Below, piece after piece: positions 60,131 through 64,000 of a DNA stretch of 64,000 bases. The position numbers were made by a program, and so were the translations under genes. Position 1 is the stretch's first letter. Each line of letters opens with the position of its first letter. Source of the stretch: Cyanobacteria bacterium P01_D01_bin.156 (GTDB taxonomy: Bacteria > Cyanobacteriota > Cyanobacteriia > Phormidesmidales > Phormidesmidaceae); assembly GCA_039024555.1 (NCBI GenBank), contig JBCCQQ010000006.1, positions 32,001-96,000 of the forward strand. Direction: 5' to 3'. The notes below the pieces were generated by a model. The model was not told the DNA's origin. It did not search any database and saw only the letters and a program-made list of their open reading frames with translations.

Positions 60131-62497
60131 ATGTACTTGTATTTTCTTAGATATCGTCTTGGGTCAAGATTATCCGCCGTGACAGCGCTTCTTCCCAACC
60201 GAATTAAACGACAGTTGGGCTGGGTAGTACTCAGTTTGTTTTTGGCTCTGGGTTGGTCATTGTTGGGAGGATTACACCCCGCATTGGCCCATCGTCCCCA
60301 CGATGTGGTCACTCAAATCAAACTATCTCCTGTCTACAGTCAGGACCAAACAGCCTACGCCCTAGTACGTGGCAACCTATTCAAAACCGAAGATGGTGGA
60401 GATAACTGGCGGCGTTTGGTGCAGGGTCTCGATACCCTCAAACCATTTTCTTCATTGACTGTGAATCAATCTGGCAAACTGGTTTTGGGGACCCAGGGAG
60501 ATGGTATCTACCTATCCAGTGATAACGGTGAAACCTGGCAGCGCTCGAATCAGGGATTGGGCACCTTGGACATTAGCTTGGTGTATGTGCTCAACAATTC
60601 TCAAGTGATGCTGGCAGCAGGAACAGCAGGGGGGCTATTCCGCAGCGTAGATAGTGGTCAAACCTGGGCAGCGGTGGTAGACGCTAGTCAAGAATTTTCC
60701 ACACTGGACGAAGCCGATGGCACCCTGTGGGCTGGGGATGTAACGGGACAATTACTAAAATCTGAAGACAGCGGTCAAAGCTGGCAGTCTGTTGTAACCA
60801 TAGTGGATGCCCCCATTAATGCATTAAGCGCCACGAGTCAGGTGGTTTATGTGGCTACGGCATCTAAAGGCGTGTTTCGTTTAGACTCCCAAACCTTAGA
60901 AGTGGTGGAGCTGAACAAAGGGTTAGACGATCTGCGAATTCAGGATGTTCAAACCTTGCCCGGAGATACCCGTGGAGTGATGATTTCCAGCTGGGACCGA
61001 GGCATTTCCATGTCCTTAGATAGCGGTGCAACCTGGACAGACTATCCCAAGGGCTTGCTGAAGGATAAGCAGGCGGATGAATTTGAAACCCATCACTTTG
61101 AAGAAATTGCCCTGTCAGATAATTTTGCAGAGGACAAAACAGCTTTCCTAGGTGGCTTTAATGGTTTATATAAGTCCACCCAGGGAGGACAGCAATGGCA
61201 GGAGATGGAAACCCTGGCTCGGGGGGTGGTGGTGTCCATGGCTGTGTCTCCCAACTACGCGGAAGATGGCACCCTGGCCCTCAATACCTATGTGGGCAAA
61301 ACGATGATGAGTCGCGACCAGGGGCAAACCTGGGAACTCACCATGCAGGGGGCTGAAGTGCCTAGACTGAATCGTAGTTTTGCACCGTCCTATCAAGATC
61401 CACGACGTTTTTTTGATATTGCTTTTTCTCCGGATTACGCCACCGATAAAACATTATTCTCGTCAGGATTGTGGACAAAGTTCTTACGGTCCACAAATGG
61501 GGGACAATCCTGGTCAATCCATGCCTTGGGTACCGAGGCGCGGGGTCTCACTCTGTTGGTATCGCCTAACTTTAGCCGAGATAAAACTCTCTTTGTCGGC
61601 ACCCAAAAAGGACTCCTCTTTCGCTCTACTAATGGTGGAAAAACGTTAGAGAAATTACCCCAGTTGCCCTGGGAACGGGGGAATGACAGCCCTTCTATGG
61701 TGATTTCACCCGCCTTTGCAGAGGATAAAACCCTGTATACGGTCGCAGAGACTGGCGTATACAGATCGAGGGATGCGGGAGACTCCTGGGAATCAGTGAC
61801 GGAAGCTACCCCCATTGCAGATGCCTGGAATCTCCATATTGAAATTTCGCCAAGTTATCCCCAAGACAAAACGCTGTACGTTAGTAGCCACGATGGGTTG
61901 TTTAAATCTACCAACGCCGGAGATAGCTGGCAGCAGGTGGCAATCGCAGATGTGGAGCCGGAACGTACCTTTCTAGAGGGTGTGGCCCTGTCCCCCAATT
62001 ATGCTAAGGATGGCACAGTACTTGTGAGTCTGCGGGGTAAAGGTCTGTACAAAAGTGTGGATAAGGGAGCGAACTTTGCACCCATCGGCGATGCTAGCCT
62101 CGCTTTTTCCCGAATGTACAACGTACCCTGTGCTGGTCGCCCCATTGAGTTTTCACCCAACTATGCAGAAGACAGCACTATTTTTGGCTTTGGTACTGCT
62201 TCAACAGATATTTATCGTTCCACTGATGGTGGTGCAACCTGGGAAATTTTTGAGGCACCGGATGTGGAGCCCCCTGTTGAGGTAAGTGGTGTCCAGCGGC
62301 TGATCATTGCGGCCGAACTCTACCGCGGCAGAATGCTCAAACTACTTTTGGCGGCGATTGCTGCGATAGTTGCCTATTTTGTTGTAGGGATGTTGCGTTT
62401 GGACAAGGCTCTAAAACTCAATCAGCCGCTGTTGCAAGGGGGAGCTGCCCTAACCACGTTTGCTGTTGCCCTAGTTGTTGTTCTTAAAGTGCTTTGA
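60131..62497 (+). CDS. Exported BNR/Asp-box repeat beta-propeller protein with C-terminal membrane anchor
   Basis: Signal peptide ending PALA; many S.D.G.TW boxes; SP.Y..D.T repeats; two C-terminal TM helices; start uncertain. Confidence 0.82.
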   Translation: MYLYFLRYRLGSRLSAVTALLPNRIKRQLGWVVLSLFLALGWSLLGGLHPALAHRPHDVVTQIKLSPVYSQDQTAYALVRGNLFKTEDGGDNWRRLVQGLDTLKPFSSLTVNQSGKLVLGTQGDGIYLSSDNGETWQRSNQGLGTLDISLVYVLNNSQVMLAAGTAGGLFRSVDSGQTWAAVVDASQEFSTLDEADGTLWAGDVTGQLLKSEDSGQSWQSVVTIVDAPINALSATSQVVYVATASKGVFRLDSQTLEVVELNKGLDDLRIQDVQTLPGDTRGVMISSWDRGISMSLDSGATWTDYPKGLLKDKQADEFETHHFEEIALSDNFAEDKTAFLGGFNGLYKSTQGGQQWQEMETLARGVVVSMAVSPNYAEDGTLALNTYVGKTMMSRDQGQTWELTMQGAEVPRLNRSFAPSYQDPRRFFDIAFSPDYATDKTLFSSGLWTKFLRSTNGGQSWSIHALGTEARGLTLLVSPNFSRDKTLFVGTQKGLLFRSTNGGKTLEKLPQLPWERGNDSPSMVISPAFAEDKTLYTVAETGVYRSRDAGDSWESVTEATPIADAWNLHIEISPSYPQDKTLYVSSHDGLFKSTNAGDSWQQVAIADVEPERTFLEGVALSPNYAKDGTVLVSLRGKGLYKSVDKGANFAPIGDASLAFSRMYNVPCAGRPIEFSPNYAEDSTIFGFGTASTDIYRSTDGGATWEIFEAPDVEPPVEVSGVQRLIIAAELYRGRMLKLLLAAIAAIVAYFVVGMLRLDKALKLNQPLLQGGAALTTFAVALVVVLKVL

Positions 62498-62523
62498 AGC
62501 TCAGGTGGGTGAACCATCCTAGA

Positions 62524-62564
62524 AGCAACACATCGTAAGACCATGGTTTTACAGATGTGTTGCT
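62524..62564. terminator. Bidirectional hairpin between convergent genes
   Basis: AGCAACACATC / GATGTGTTGCT 11-bp stem with further inner pairing. Confidence 0.65.
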
Positions 62565-62610
62565 AGACCGTGCGTCTTCTATAACCAACAATAGTCTCTT
62601 AGTTTTGTGA

Positions 62611-63957
62611 TTAGGCGGTTTTGCTGCTCATCCGCTTTAGACAGGTTTTTCGACTCCAAACATAGGCCCCAGTACCCACCAATAGATTAGCAACTGATGC
62701 GGCTATAAAAATCCCCAAGGGACCAGCGATACGTCCCCCTAGATAGGCCATGGGAATGTAGCAGCCCATCATATGGGTTGCCGTTAGGGTAATGGACGGT
62801 ATGGGTTTTCCCATAGCATTAAAGGCAGAACTCGTTATCTGCATCAGCCCGGCTGTTCCATAGCTAATGGGTACTAACCATAGATACCGGGAGGCAATGG
62901 TCACCACGGCAGGATCGGGATTAAAGAGTGCGGCTAAAAATGGAGCCCCCAACCCCAGCACAATAGCCATTGTCAGTCCCCACCCCAAGCAAAACCGATA
63001 GCCCTGACTCAAGGCCTGACGCACCCGCTCAATTTTTTGCGCTCCCCAGTTTTGCCCCACAAAAGGTCCCATACTGGAGGCGAGGGCCATAGTCGCAATA
63101 AGCGCTAAGGATTCCACCCGTGAAGCTAGACCAAACCCTGCCACTGCTGCAGCCCCGTGCACCGCTAAAAAGCTGGTAATAACGCCAATGGACATGGGGG
63201 TAATCATACTGGCAGCAGCAGCAGGCAGGCCCACAGTCAAAATGTCTCGCCAACACCAAAGGGTTTCCTGCAGGTCAGGAATTTGGGTGGATAGCAGATT
63301 CTCTTTAAAGCGCAACACTAACAACGCTGCCACTAGGGAAATAGCCCGAGCGATCACCGTTGCTAGGGCTGCTCCCTGTAGTTCTAACCGAGGAAATCCG
63401 AGGGCACCGTTAATCAACAGTGGGTCTAGCACGATGTTAGTTCCTGCTGCCACTGTCATGATAATGCTGGGAGTGAGGGTGTTACCCGCCGCTCGGATAG
63501 CGCTATTCCCCACCATGGGAACGACCAAGAACACAATACCAAAGTACCAAATTCGCATATATTCGCGAATAAAAGGCAAAGTATCAGGGCCTGCCCCCAA
63601 TGCCTTAAATAAGGGGTCGATGGTAAATAAACCGACGGTAGCAAACAAAAAGACTGCCGTTAATGCCAGGGTAAGGCTGTTAGTGGTGAATCGTTGTACC
63701 CGCCGCATGTCCCCTTCACCAATGGCCCTGGCAATGACCGATGTGGCCCCAACGCCTAGCCCAAAGGCTAGATTTCCCAGGGTTAAAACCACTGGAAACG
63801 TAAAGCTCATGGCGGCTAATTGTGCGGTGCCCAGCTGTCCTACAAAGTAAGTGTCTACCAAGTTAAAGGCAATCAAGGCAAAAAGACCCCACACCATGGG
63901 CAGGGTGAGCTTTACCAGTTGAGAACCCACAGGACCTTCGGTCAAGTCACGTTGCAT
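62611..63957 (-). CDS. MATE family efflux transporter
   Basis: LTEGP, NLVDTYFVGQLG, RAAGNT, NIVLDPLLI and GAALAT motifs; about 12 TM helices. Confidence 0.93.
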   Translation of the reverse strand: MQRDLTEGPVGSQLVKLTLPMVWGLFALIAFNLVDTYFVGQLGTAQLAAMSFTFPVVLTLGNLAFGLGVGATSVIARAIGEGDMRRVQRFTTNSLTLALTAVFLFATVGLFTIDPLFKALGAGPDTLPFIREYMRIWYFGIVFLVVPMVGNSAIRAAGNTLTPSIIMTVAAGTNIVLDPLLINGALGFPRLELQGAALATVIARAISLVAALLVLRFKENLLSTQIPDLQETLWCWRDILTVGLPAAAASMITPMSIGVITSFLAVHGAAAVAGFGLASRVESLALIATMALASSMGPFVGQNWGAQKIERVRQALSQGYRFCLGWGLTMAIVLGLGAPFLAALFNPDPAVVTIASRYLWLVPISYGTAGLMQITSSAFNAMGKPIPSITLTATHMMGCYIPMAYLGGRIAGPLGIFIAASVANLLVGTGAYVWSRKTCLKRMSSKTA

Positions 63958-64000
63958 AAAGTAGTAGCATTAGCGTTTCTGCCTCAATTTACCTCGTTTA

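Noticed and set aside
63188..63850. 220-aa plus-strand ORF
   Set aside because: Antisense shadow of the MATE gene with no recognisable motifs.
1..64000. tRNA, rRNA or riboswitch genes
   Set aside because: No cloverleaf or conserved RNA signature was recognised by eye; an Rfam or tRNAscan search is needed to exclude them.

Overview
Chromosomal window from a cyanobacterium. It carries about two dozen HIP1 octamers (GCGATCGC), vipp1, a flavodiiron gene, menF/menD and GUN4/CHASE2 domains; the many TIR/WD40/NACHT/multisensor-kinase genes suggest a filamentous lineage (inference). Housekeeping genes (menDF, flv1-like, mug, rhlE, aminotransferase, vipp1, MATE) alternate with accessory signalling and defence-like genes: a TpsA-like protein, two membrane-anchored TIR-WD40 proteins, a speD-speE fusion with speB, an ECF sigma/anti-sigma pair with an RTX protein, two NACHT proteins and a three-gene kinase cascade. 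The top candidate for a novel system is a NACHT-GUN4 gene with an A-poor, homopolymer-rich 3' segment. That segment is followed by a tail giving a short helical C-terminus in all three frames (stops 7 nt apart), and it converges on a HUH/Y1 (RAYT-like) transposase gene; this may be a frameshift-tolerant diversification cassette. Also found: seven copies of an ~87-bp inverted-repeat intergenic element, twin ECF-type promoters, a perfect TetR-type operator, an amyloid-like NLR N-terminus and a methyltransferase pseudogene. No rRNA, tRNA or CRISPR array was seen. All product calls come from motif recognition by eye, with no database search.
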